Positions 13,111 to 25,655 of a DNA stretch of 64,000 nucleotides are shown here, piece by piece (within the stretch, counting starts at the first letter, position 1; the number at the start of each line of letters is the position of its first letter). The position numbers were made by a program, and so were the translations under genes. The stretch spans positions 111,540,001-111,604,000 of the forward strand of contig NW_024704742.1 of the NCBI RefSeq assembly GCF_018977255.1, read 5' to 3'. Under the pieces are notes generated by a model. That model saw nothing but the letters and a program-made list of their open reading frames with translations, did not search any database and was not told the DNA's origin. The DNA comes from Callorhinchus milii (Eukaryota).

Positions 13111-13744
13111 GCTAAGGTAGGGAAAGCTATAATAACTATTATGTTTTGTCTGAAATTGGTCTGGTCCATTTGAATGAACTCCTCTATACCGCAGGAGTAA
13201 ACATTCTGTAGATGCGTCAATATCATGCCAGGCAACTCTAAAACAATTGTAAAATTTTAAGAATAACTTTTTTGAAATGCAGAAATCAAGTTGGAATAAA
13301 AGAATATTTCTGGGATGGGAAAAAAGCTGAAGTAAGTCAGCTACATGTCCAGAGGGCAGCAAGATTGAAATGTAACTTGAAAATAACTGAAATAAAAAAG
13401 CAACAAGAAATAGGAGATTACAATATAATAATAATCTTTGCATTTGGTACAGTGCCTTATAATTCTGAACGGTCTCAAAGTGCTTCACGGGATATGCTGT
13501 AATGTGTAGTGACAGTATATCTGTAGGTGAATATGGCATGCAATTTGTGAACAGTAATATCCCACAAACAGCAGAAGTTGACAAAAATAAAGGAGGAAAC
13601 AGGAATATTCTAAGGAGAAAATAAAGAAGAAGAGTTGTGTGAGGGCTAGTAACACCCACTGAAAACTGAAAAATGATTGAGAGCTGCAGGGTTGAGAATA
13701 GGGGTGACAGACAGCATATTCTGTGATTTAGCTGTATTACTTAC

Positions 13745-13794
13745 AAAATAGCCAAAGCATCCTATGCTGGAGGGGTTGAGGGATTACAGTTGAG
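13745..13794 (-). CDS. Candidate 50-nt exon containing an ATG (13760) and codons MLWLF
   Basis: Acceptor aaattgttttgcAG, donor TTT|GTAAGT. Ends in phase 1, matching exon 8175-8359. Confidence 0.2.
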
Positions 13795-14567
13795 CTGCAA
13801 AACAATTTGTACAATGTCATATAAGACCCCCTAAACCAGAGAATCAACGACTGCTTTAAGCTGGAGTGTTACCAGTTATTAAAAGCAGTTCAGAATATGT
13901 TTGTAAAAAGCAGTGTCATCGAAGGTACTTTCTGTAGAAGTGCACTGTGTGACTGACTGGTCACTGGCCACATCTTGTGCTAACAAATCTTATGTGGTTA
14001 ATATTCTCTTGTCAGATTCTGGTTTCCGGATTTTTATTACAAAACACACTTCTATTGCCAAGATACCACTGCAGACAGAAGCAAGCTGACAGTAACAGTC
14101 ATCCTTTGTCATTGCTGAACCCTGCAAATGATATAGGAAGAAAACAGTGAAGGACCACTCAGTAGTTATTTAAAATAAACTCGATGTGGTGATACTGAAC
14201 GATGCTTCCGTGCAATCTGCTAAAATCTTTAGAAAAAGCAGCACGTCTCTGACATATCCAATAATTGATAACTAGATAGATTTTGCTCTTCTGAACAGGC
14301 TTCCAAATGTTTCACCAGTAATCGGCAATTCATAATTAGTTTAGTAACAGATCATTTATGTTGCATTTGTTGTAACTGTAGAACTGGAACTATTAGAATG
14401 CGTAATATGCACTCAGACTCGAACTGTAATAAGTAGAGTACACAATTCCCAATTCCCATGTATAAGTCATGCTTACACACTTGTTTTCACCTCTATAAGC
14501 AGAGGAAAGACTTATGCACTAATGCAAAAGTCATCTTGACAATAATAATAAGTGGGGGCAGAACTTG

Positions 14568-14891
14568 TAATAATAATAATAATAATAATAATCCTTGCAT
14601 TTGATATAGCGCTTTTCACGTCGGGAGGACGTCCCAAAGCGCTTCACAGAACACACTGTAAAGTGAATTGACTGTATATTTGTGGGCGAACGCGGCAGCC
14701 AATTGCGCACAGCAATGTCCCACAAACAGTCTTAGATTGAAAATGACCAATTTATTATTGTTTTTGGTTTTGGAAGGATTATTATCAGGCATGTGGAGTA
14801 AGGAAACTTGCCCAAGGTTTCGTCCTGCCTGGAATTGAACTCAGGTCTCTCACTTGCAAAGCGAGTGCTCTAACCACTGAGCTACAGGACT
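14568..14891 (-). mobile_element. Young tRNA-derived SINE, short variant with L2-identical tail
   Basis: tRNA-Ala-like head, tail GGGACGTCCTCCCGACGTGAAAAGCGCT, (ATT)n. Nearly identical to the copy at 36766. Confidence 0.93.
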
Positions 14892-16139
14892 ACACTAGTA
14901 GGATATAGTCTATGGATTTTACAATAAATGGCAATATTCGTAAGAACCCTAATGTGAAAATAAATCTAAATTTATAACTATATAATGAGTTAAATACTTG
15001 GGGAAATTTTAAATCTATTCTGATCTTTTTTTAAAAAGGGAGTTTATTCCCCAGTCATTGGTTTATGAGGGGAGGGTCAAAAATGCTCTTTTATCAAAAA
15101 TGAATTAGCTGCTCAAAGACTTCTCAAAGTTATCCCTGATTGTATTTTATTGTACCTAAGGTACAGGTCAGTGGCATCTGAAATAGTAAGAAATAATGAA
15201 GCCAACATGTCTACAAAATGCAAACCATTGGTCTTTGATGAGGTGTTTGAACAGGTCAGAATGTGTTTATTTCACAACATACTGCTTAAAATATTGACCT
15301 TAAGTAGCAAAATAACACATTCCAACATGGGCATATATAGCATTCCAGTGGTCTATAGGTTAATTTGTTTCTTGCAGTGCTGTCCATTTATTTACTGTTT
15401 TGTGAGGAATAATTGGAATATAGCTCAGTGATGCAGTAATGTAGTCACTTCACACCTCTGAGGCTGCAGCTCTGGATCTCTGCAGAGACCCGGTTCAGTC
15501 AGCAGAAGACTGATGCTCCTGGTCATTATCACAACTCCAGTTTCATGAATAAAAAGATGATCGTTCTTCTGGTTGAAAAAGTTTGTAGTTTTTGTGTTTG
15601 TATTTTTCGCAGTCTTGAGGGTCAAAATTCAGTAATATACAGCACTGAGTGAAGTAATTTAGAAAGTAAACTAGACTGGTTATCAATAATTAACAACAAA
15701 AATTTGTGTGAGGAATCAGCGCAGGTTTTTGGGGGATAAACAGTAGCTCTTTCCAACCAATGCAAATTTGGTACGCTTTCTCTGCGCTTTTCTTACACAT
15801 CCAAAGTTACGTCGATCATAAGCAGCATCTGTTTACAGATCCTTGGAACACTTCAATTGAACAATTGTCAATTGTCCAGGTGGAGATCTAGAAAGAGTCA
15901 ATAGATTTGCTGTTCTTTAGTCCATTGAACAAGTGATCAACAATTTGCATCTGAAAATACGTAAGTACACAGCAGGCAAAGGGGTGTGAAGAGGTATCAG
16001 AGAAAACCAGCCTTGTATGTTGTCACTTCGACATAGCCCTCAGTCACTTTTGTTGTGAGCACTGAGGAAGAGGGAGATTGATGGGAAGGCTAGCGCTGGC
16101 TATCCCCTTGTAGTGTTTCAGTATAGATGCCACTTGAGA

Positions 16140-16486
16140 TACAGTGGTTAAAGCACTCGCCTCGCAAGCTAAAGACCTGGGTTCGATTCCTGCCAGGGCA
16201 AAATGTTGGGCAGGTTTTCTTACTCTAAATGCCTCTGTTTACCTAGCACTAAATAGGAACCCAGTTGTTAGTTAATTGGCAGATCGCTTTTCTGGGGGTA
16301 ACAAGTTCTTCCAAAAAAAAATTTGTTCACTTCAATCCACGACCGTTTGTGGGACACTGCTGTGCCAATTGGCTGCCACGTTTTGCCCACAAATTATACA
16401 GTCAATTCACTATATTCTGTGAAGCACTTTGAGACTTCTCGAAGACGTGATAAGGCTTTTTATCAAATGCAACGATTATTATTATT
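16140..16486 (+). mobile_element. Young tRNA-derived SINE, long variant
   Basis: B-box GGTTCGATTCC, CORE-like ttgggcagg...gcctctgtttacctagcactaaatagg, Deu 3' part, L2-like tail. Confidence 0.88.
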
Positions 16487-17003
16487 GCTTGCCTTCTAGG
16501 TGGTATCTGCTCCATCAGGTTTTGTGAACAGCTTGAGAATGGGTTGAAAATAATTTCATTATTGCTCATAGTTCTTGAGCCTTCCAGAGACTAACACTCA
16601 CAAACCACAATTTACCCCCATTAAGGACTTTGGTGCTTAAAAAAAATTGGCTCTTCCGTCCAAATCCCTTTACAGCAGCTATGTTTGTACAATGGAATTT
16701 TGACCCCTCAGAAAGGAAAATATTTAACATTAAATTTAGTAAAATTTTAAGTATTTTGGATTTTTTGTCTATCTCTAGTTCTAGTTTTGCTAAACCAGCT
16801 ATAAGTCTTTGTACTGCCAAGAATTGACAAAAAGATGATTTAACGTAAGAGTAAGACTCATTTGTTACCCCTGTTCAAACAAATCTTTTCAATGTAGTTT
16901 CTCATCTTTGACTTGTTCATGTGCAGAAATGTGATTGTGTTCTGAACACACATCTGATGATAGGGATGTGTAAAGCCAATGGCGATTGGGTAAACAGATA
17001 ATT

Positions 17004-17226
17004 GGTCTGAAATTCCACCAAGTCTTAGCCTGTAACATTATTTTGCCCTAAAATTTAAGATGGTGCAGAACTATAGAAAATTCTTCATTTTGAAGCTGGT
17101 TTTCCACACTTCTTTGAAAAAATTGCCTTCCAAATAAAACTCAATTGAAGAATTTTCACAATTTTGTGAGATCTCAAATTTTAAGACCAAATGGTCTTGC
17201 AGCTAAGACTAGGTGAAATTTCAGGC
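17004..17226. mobile_element. Hairpin/MITE-like element, second copy
   Basis: Termini GGTCTGAAATTCCACCAAGTCTTAGC and GCTAAGACTAGGTGAAATTTCAGGC. The central part is the reverse complement of that in the 11067 copy. Confidence 0.72.
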
Positions 17227-19049
17227 ATTAAGAGTGAGGTGGGCCACTCTCAAAGCCCACTTCAGCACTTTCCTCTTTGATTACACTTTTGTTCATCTTT
17301 CCCCCATCCAGCTCATCCATGGTAGGAGTACATCTCAAAGCAATATATAATGTAAATTGTATTGTGTTGTATAGTGCCAGCTTGTCTCCAGGCCAGCTGA
17401 GGTTTTTCCTTTTGTTTCTTAATTTGTAATTTTCATATGAAAAAAATGAAACTGAAAGTCTACAGAGAGGAAGTCTTGGTTTATAATCAGTCTGGTTTTG
17501 CTGGCCAAGTTTCTGTGTGTGTATGTGTGTGTGTGTACGCATTTGCATGTGGGTGGAGGGGAGTGAAAGCACAGAGGAAGGGGATGAAATTCATATTTTC
17601 ATTTTGGCGCTGCACATAATCCGAAGATAGATAATTTACAAGGTTGGCTCTGGAGTATTATCCATTCCTCAAAATAATTACTGGAGTTCAGCAGCCTTCT
17701 GACAAACAAAACATCAAAGTTCAGCTGTGTAATTGTTTGGGAGCAAAAATTCCCACACAGCGGAGCAATAATCCATTAGTGTTGGCAAAGGTACAGACAA
17801 CCGATGATAAAAGAAATTCCAGTTTAGCTTGTAATTGTGCATTTAGCTTTTCTTCGTTTCCTCCACTCAGAGGTGAATGTTTACAACAGCTAGTGATTCA
17901 AATGCTGACCAGATACCTCATGTTGTAAGTATTGTTGGCACTGTATTCAGAGTCAGTTAACATCAGTATTTTGTGTGTTAAATGTTATGTAAAATAAATA
18001 TACTTCAAGGTTGATGCACTGCAATAGATAATGGTAAAGGACCATTGAAATAAACACCTTTATAAACAATATCGGGAATAATAGTCTTGGGCAGAGGTAA
18101 TGTATCAAAACGCTCCATAGAGATGATGGGCAAAATAAAATACCAGGGGATCAAAATTGTGGCATTCCTAAATATTTCCATCCCTTATGTCATTAAAAAG
18201 AATTTTAAAATCCCCCTCTCCCAGTCTCATCTGAACAATGATAAAGCAGCCCAAAAGTGTGGCATATAAACACCAACATAGATTAATTTCCACGCTGTAA
18301 CATTCTACATAATTGTATGAAATGCTTGAAACTACCATTTTGTATTCCACTTAAGGGGTTATTGTTTTCAACCCCAAGAGTGGGCTTTCAGGTGGTACTT
18401 TTATCCTGTACAGCATGTTTGAAAAGTCCTTATCTGGAATCCAGTCCAGATCAAACACGTCAAGCATTCAGATAGTCTCTCTTTGTAGGCTATACTTGGC
18501 TGAGTAGTTGCTTTATTAGGCTTTGTTGCACAAAATACAGGTGGTTGGTATAAAAATTAAGCTGGTGAAACAGTGTTGAATCACTTATCCAGCAGTTTTG
18601 AATGATCTCAGCCCTTGCTCCTCACTAACTAAAATACACAGTAATGCTGATTTTGGATTTTCAGGGGATTGAGAGAAACCGTTTCCCTGAAGTTGGAGGA
18701 AGCTGTACTTATCTCCCAACTCATGACAACATACCACATTCCCCTCCCCACCTCCCCTATTGTTTCTTAAATTCACCAACTCTCAGTTTCCTTCTTGTTA
18801 AATATCGGATCAGAGGCTGCAGACCTTATGTTAATGCAAATCCATAAATTTAGTTCATTACAGTGAAATTATTTTCAATCTGATTGATAAGTAGGACAGG
18901 GTTTATATTAGTAACACATGCATTAAAGGATTAAATACTTCAAAGGTCAGTTTAATTGCAGTCTCGGCTTTGAGAAGTTTTCTCATAGTTGTCTATGAGA
19001 AGTCTAATGAGAAGTTTCCTTTTACAAAATAGTAATAAGATTGCACCAG

Positions 19050-19335
19050 AAATATTAAACTGAGGTCCTATCTTCTGTTCGGATGGACATTTAAGATCCC
19101 ACAACACTATTCAAAAGAGAAGGGAATCTCTTCCAGTACTCTGACCAACAATCACCCAAATAAATTTGGTTATTCAGTTCATGGCAGTTTGTGGGACATT
19201 GCAATGCACATGTTGGCTGCTGTGTTTACCTTCAAAGATACAGTCACTACACTTTACAATAAAATCCTATGAAGTGCTTTGAGACCTCTCAATGATGTGA
19301 TAAAACACTATATCAAATACAAAGATTATTATTTT
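19050..19335 (+). mobile_element. Old Deu-domain SINE, 5'-truncated
   Basis: ttaaactgaggtcc...ggacatttaagatcccacaacactatt...gtttgtgggacattgc...ttggctgc, followed by the tail. Confidence 0.75.
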
Positions 19336-19652
19336 AATACTTTTGACATGATCAAACTCATTTATACTTTGCCAAAATAATGCTATACAAGATATTTCTC
19401 CAAACTCTTTTGTCCCCTTTTTTCAGTCAGTTCACCTTTTTACAGCTGAAAGATCTTGAGGGGATGAGAATATGAGAGCTGATATGCTTAGCACTTCATT
19501 GATGTGTATGATTCATGGGACTTCCCATTGGAAAAACGCATTGTCAAAGTGCCCTAAACGTACATGAACATCAAACATCCTCAGCTGGCTAAATTCATTT
19601 ATATGATTGAATAACATCTATTGTGGTAAAATTATTGTTTTGATTTCTATGC

Positions 19653-21050
19653 TACAACAACAAGATTTCATTTATAGACACCTTTCACGTCGGGAGGACG
19701 TCCCAAGGCGTTGGACAGTTGGGTCGGGACCCGAGCAGGGGGGAAATGGTCAGGTGAGGGGAGGGAAGGGAGGGAGGAGGGGGTAGAGAGTCGAGAGGGG
19801 AGCTGAAGGCATGGTTGAAGAGAAAGGTCTTGAGACTGGCCTTGAAGGAGGAAAGGGAGGAAGCAAGGCAAAGGCACTGGGGGATGGAGTTCCAGAGCCT
19901 GGGGGCTGAGAGGCTGAAGGCCCGGCCACCGATGGTAGCGCGGTTAGGGTGGGGGATGTGGAACAGACCAGAGCCAGAGGAACGGAGGGTACGGGCAGGT
20001 AGGTAGGGGAATAGTAGGTCGGAGAGGTAGGAGGGAGCAAGGCCGTGAATGGCCTTGTAGGTGAGGATGAGGATCTTGAATTCGATCCTCTGGGGGATGG
20101 GGAGCCAGTGGAGGCGAGCGAGGGTGGGAGTGATGTGGTCGCGAAGCCTGGTGCGGGACAGTACACGAGCTGTAGAGTTCTGAATGACCTGCAGCTTGTG
20201 GAGGGAGATGCCGGGAAGGCCGACGAGGAGAGAGTTCCCGTAGTCCAGCCTTAAGGTGCTAAAGGCGTGGACCAGGGTTTCAGCAGCGTGAGGGGTGAGG
20301 TAATGCCGTAGTCTGGCGATGTTCCGGAGGTGATGGAAGGCGGTGCCAGTTGTGGCGCGGATGTGAGGAAGAAAGGACAACTCAGGGTCGAACAGATCAC
20401 CAAGGTTCCTGATTGGCTTTGAGAGGTGGAAAGTGCAGCCTTGGATGCTAATGCTGTCAGCGCCTGAGGTGCGGAGGCGCTGACACGAGCCAATCAGGAG
20501 GGCCTCAGTTTTGCGCACGTTGAGCTGAAGAAAGTTGTCTCTCGTCCAGGACTCGATGTCAGACAGTCTGGTTGTCAGGACATCGGTGGTCGTGGAGTTG
20601 AGGGTAGAGGAGGAAAGGTAGAGTTGGGTGTCATCCGCATACATATGGAAGTTAACCCCATGTCTGCGGATGATGATGTCACCAAGGGGGAGCATATAGA
20701 GGGTGAAGAGGAGGGAACCAAGGACAGAACCCTGAGGGATGCCACACGAGACAGTGCGGGGGCTGTAGGAAAAGCCATTTGTGGAAACAAACTGAAGACG
20801 GTGGAAGAGGTAGGACCTAAACCACTCAAGAACAGGGCCTTGAAGTTTGAGGTGGGAGGACAAGCGGTGGAGGAGGATAGAGTGGTCGACCGTGTCGAAT
20901 GCAGCCGATAGGTCGAGGAGGTCGAGGAGGCAGAGGGAGCCCTGGTCGCAGATGGTCAAGATGTCATTAGTGACCTTGACCAAGGCGGTTTCCGTGCTAT
21001 GGGCAGCACAGAAACCCGACTGAAGGGGTTCAAATAGTGAATGGGTGAAT
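19653..21050 (-). mobile_element. L2 LINE, 5'-truncated (~1.4 kb), young
   Basis: Uninterrupted RT/C-terminal frame, 3' stem-loop and (TTG)n tail. Confidence 0.96.
19685..20983 (-). pseudogene. L2 ORF2 fragment (RT domain + C-terminus), open for 432 aa
   Basis: [53 protein letters not shown]. The endonuclease is missing because of 5' truncation. Confidence 0.92.
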
Positions 21051-24000
21051 GCTAGATCTCAAATGAATACAATTTCTATATAGGTTCCCCAAGCAACCCC
21101 AAATGCATTTCCTATATCCATGGAAACCATTGACATTCCTTTTTGTTGGTCAGCCAGGTGTCTGAAACACATGGAAATCCATCGCCATGCTTTAGAGTAT
21201 CAAAACCAGACTGAGAGTTTCACATATGCATGGCACCTTTGCTTGGAATTTTCTGTTCATCTGGAACGAGCGAGCATTATCTCCCCAGAGAGATGTGCTC
21301 TGCTTACCTAACTCTGGAAAGTATTAGATGCAGTTTGTCGAGAGCCAAAGGCTGGCACATGCTGAAGTGTGCGCTGGGGATACTGCTGGAGTTTAACCAG
21401 CTAAAACTGCATAGATTGCCATTAAGATCACTGTCTTCCAGCTACTTGTCTGGCTAGCACCATCCTACCCCTCAGGCCTTTCTCTTGCAGAGTTAAAAGG
21501 AGCCAAGTAGAACCCCAGTCATTGGTCCGTCCCTCCAAGTCCTATTGATGTGCCAGGTTGGCAGAAGTACATAGCTCTGCCTCAGAGGTCTTTTGGTTAC
21601 AGTTTTTAAAAGCTTTCATTTCAGTTTGGCTGTAAATCTCAGGATTAGAATTTTTTTGGGGGGTATGGGTATGATCAGTTCCAGGGCAGTCCAGCAGCAT
21701 GAACGAGTAGAGAACACAGTTCAAATACAGCTAAGGAGGCAGTTTCAGGATCACAGACATCTATGTATATATGACTGCACGGCACATAGTTGGACATAGA
21801 TTATAAAGTCTTTGTGAATTTGTACAGTTCAGTTCATTACATAGATTCTGATTTGCAGTTTTTTTGTGACTTCATGGTATGTAGTCAGTTTCAATGTCAA
21901 AAGCTTTTCTGAATGTGTATTTTACTGTCTATTTCTCGACAGATTCACAAAATTGCTGCTTTTTCCAGTTCATCAAAGTGTCAGTCAATAGCATGCAATC
22001 AGCTGGCTCTTGACAGTGAAACTGGGGCTCTTGATACAGTTAAATATTGTCATGTTGGATAAGGTTCCACTAACTCAGATTTAGAAATCATTAATGCATG
22101 GTGTCAAACTAGATTATCCTATGATGAATATTATAATCAGAAGAAATAAGTGTGATAAAGCTTAGGAAACCAAACATAAATACAATACCATACTTATTTG
22201 CAGTCTGCAATTTCAGCATTATAATACTAACGTGCACTTTCATAATCCATATTGCAGTATAACAATGCCTGAAATTTGTGGTGCCTTATTGATGTCAAAA
22301 CTATGTGACATTGCATTTGCTCTAATTTTGTGACATGTAAAATTAAGAACTTCTTTCATTCATCAAACACTAACCTCCTGCTGTATTCCTTTCTACAAGA
22401 GGCACTCTATAAAAATGACTAATGGCTAAGGCATGTAAGAGTAAAGGAGGTGTAACCTAGTTAGGATTTCACTGAATGGTTATATAGTGGTGTAAAAATT
22501 ATGTTGCATTTGATCTGTTATAGAATCAGAGCATTTAGTTAAGTGTAACATTACAGTGACATTTATAGTAAAATGGCATTTCAATCATTCATGGTAATTG
22601 CATAGCAAGTTTGGAAGAAGAATGTTACTGTTTTGCATTTATTTTTAAAAACATTTTTGCATACTATAGACAATATATGGGTAAAAATTCCAACCAGGTT
22701 ATGCACAGTGCTGTGTGATTTTAATGGCAAATCCCATTAAAGGTTGACATTGTGTAACTCTGTATAGAATATTTATCCCATGGTACGTGTTTGATTTATT
22801 TGGAAACAGGCCTTGTTTTTGCATTTGAACCATAGGCTTAATAAAAATCTGTGTTATGTAAATGAAGCCGATTTCTGTAAACCGGATATTTATCTTGTCG
22901 ACCTGCGGGAAGTCTGCTCTGACTGAATCTGCTTTCACAAGTCAATGGGAATTCGAGCAGGATTCCTTATTAAGAAATTAGATCCGTACTTAAGATGTGT
23001 AATGAATTAGATATTCCTGGTTGCAGACTGCAATGTTCAAATAATTGTCTGGCATTGTTTTAGACTTTTATAAACTGGGTGTTTCTTGTTATAGAAAAAC
23101 AGAGCATTTGCATATATAGCAGTGCAGCTCCATTGCAACAAAGGCAATTAAACACTATAAATGGTAGCTTACATTTATAACAACCTTTGAGTAATGTTCT
23201 ATTATTATATATTGCTCTCTTAATTTTTTTTGTTTTACGAGTTGTTGAGAACAGCTGATCTGAGCAAGCCAGACTAGACTGGATACACTCTCTAGCCAGC
23301 AAACCAAGGTCTTTAACAGAGAATTGACTAATTGAGCTACGTACAACATCAATCATTTATTTTCCTAAGAACAGTAACAGTGTTACAATAAGTGCAGGGA
23401 CTTTCGAAGAAATTGGCAACTATTGTAAAGAGCACTGAGACTCAGAATCAAGTTCAAAGCAGATTTTGCACAATTCTGAGACCATGAAGAAATGGTAATG
23501 ACATCAGTAGTGATTGATAACTACCAAATCTGACCTTGGTTCTCCTTTTGTTATTACTTCACATCAATGCTTCAGTAGAGAGCTCCAGGAGCACATTATA
23601 AGATTCAGGAGTTATTGCATAGTTCAATGTTCGGGGTCCAAAGATCCATCACAGATCTGAGATTACATTAATAGCATCCTAATATAGTCCCTTAATGAAA
23701 CATAAGATGGTGACATCCTTAATACTAATATAAAAAAAACTTCACGGGCCATGCCTTCTAACACCAAATGTGTCAGTAAAATCTGTTCTGCGGTTACTTA
23801 TGGCGGGGAAGTAATTGTAACAAAATTAAGAGTATTGAAATATGGACTATCTACTCATCATTGAACAGCAGTCTATAAATTACTTAATACTGTCACTTAG
23901 TTCTAAAGTTCTTCATGAATATGATTTTTTTTACATTGTTGAATGATGAATCAGATGAGAATATTTTCGTTAATGGCGGTGACAAATTCCGGTCGGGGTG

Positions 24001-24809
24001 ACTATGCCCATCATTACCCCCTTAATGTTATTACTCAGTCAGTTGACACCCAGATCATTACTTTGTTTCTATGGCATAGCCCACAGTTTTACTAACCAAA
24101 AGCACAGTTGATGTAAGCAAATCAGAGTTCAGTCACTAATGCCTTTGCCATCCAATCAGCAACGCCATTTATGTTCCATGTGCAGGAAGTCAGAAAAATC
24201 AATACCATATGCAGAAGAATCATAAAAATTCAAATGAGACAAACTGATCGCTTTACGGTATGTCAATATAATTAGTCAAAAAGTGGGTAAGACAGTAAGA
24301 CATGATTTGCGATTTGAAAGGAGACTGATGAGAAGCATCAGTCTTTGCTGGTGACTTGAGGGCAGAGACACTTCTAAGTTTTCTTGTGTTGAACTGCCAT
24401 ACTGCTGATGCAACATCTGGTTAAACACCATAGAAACAGGCTGTCAAACACAATCCAAATAGCACTGCAATACAAAATTGTGGACAATCATTCTCCCGTT
24501 CTTTGGCTAAAGTTGGATTGCTTGAAGATGAATATTAAATGGTGATATTAAAACTAAAACGAAAAATGAAGCATCGACATGACCGACTCGCCTGGTGATG
24601 TAATTGGATGAATCAACATTTTAATTTTCTGAAACTTAATAAATTAAATACTCCTGACGAATTGGTCTGTCAAACTAGTCTGGAAAGAGCACATCTTTTC
24701 ACTCATACCGAAAATAAATTACAATGTGGCACTTTATTGGTCGACAACCTCAGATTTCAGATATCAATTTAAATGTGAAGAAAGTGATTTTTGCACAGGT
24801 ATCTACATG

Positions 24810-25655
24810 TTTATTAGCATGTACGAGGTCGAACAGCTGCCCTCGATGCCACCTGGGCCTATCCTTTGACAGAGTATGTTGACCTCCAGCCGGTGGAGGT
24901 AGAGCGTGGGCAGCGGTGATGGGGGACATGCAGCAGGCCTGAGTTTGCTGAGGTTAATGGTTGAGCAGATTAGTGAGGCTGGAGAAGATCAGAGAGGAAA
25001 GGAGGTGATAAGGTGTGAAGAGATTTGTAGGTGAGGGTAAAGATGTTGGAGTTAATGGGAATTGGGAGCCAGACAACCAGTGTTACCTGGTCAGGATAAT
25101 GGTGATGGGCATACAAAGTTTTTGACTAGGTAAGGATGAAAGTGATAGAGTTTTGAATGAGCTGGAGCTGGATGATAGTGGAGCTCTGGAAGTCAGTGAG
25201 GAAGGCACATGAGAAGTCAAGTCTGGAGACTCACAAAGTTGTGAATGAGGGTTTTGGCAAAATTGGGTGTGAGAAAAGGACGGTGGTGAACAATCTGGCA
25301 AAGGTGCATAAAAATGGTCTTAGTTAGAGATCAGATGTGAAGGTGGAAAGAAAGCTGAGGGTCAAACTGAATGCTAAGGATGCACATTAGCTTGGTGAAT
25401 TTGAGAGAAGGGCCAGGAATGTTGAGGTAATTGGAGCCCGAAGCAAGGAGATGTTGGCAGGAGTGAAAGAGCAAAGTTTCCATCATTTCCATGCTTAACC
25501 AGACTTGATGTCTGACAGATAGGCAGTCAGGACATCTGCGGACCTGAAATGAAGGGTAGAAGTAGATAAGTAAATTCGGGTGTCATCCATGTGCTTGTGC
25601 ATACTAATTCCATGTTTAAAGATGATGTCTCCAAGGGTGCGTATGTAGATGAAGA
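24810..25655 (-). mobile_element. Old, highly decayed L2 RT relic
   Basis: Minus strand reads PLGDIIFKHGISMHKHMDDTRIYL near 25640-25560, with further L2-like segments downstream. Confidence 0.7.

Noticed and set aside
12901..13659. 252-aa minus-strand ORF
   Set aside because: It crosses a SINE remnant and an antisense L2 tail, has low-complexity composition and shows no domain.
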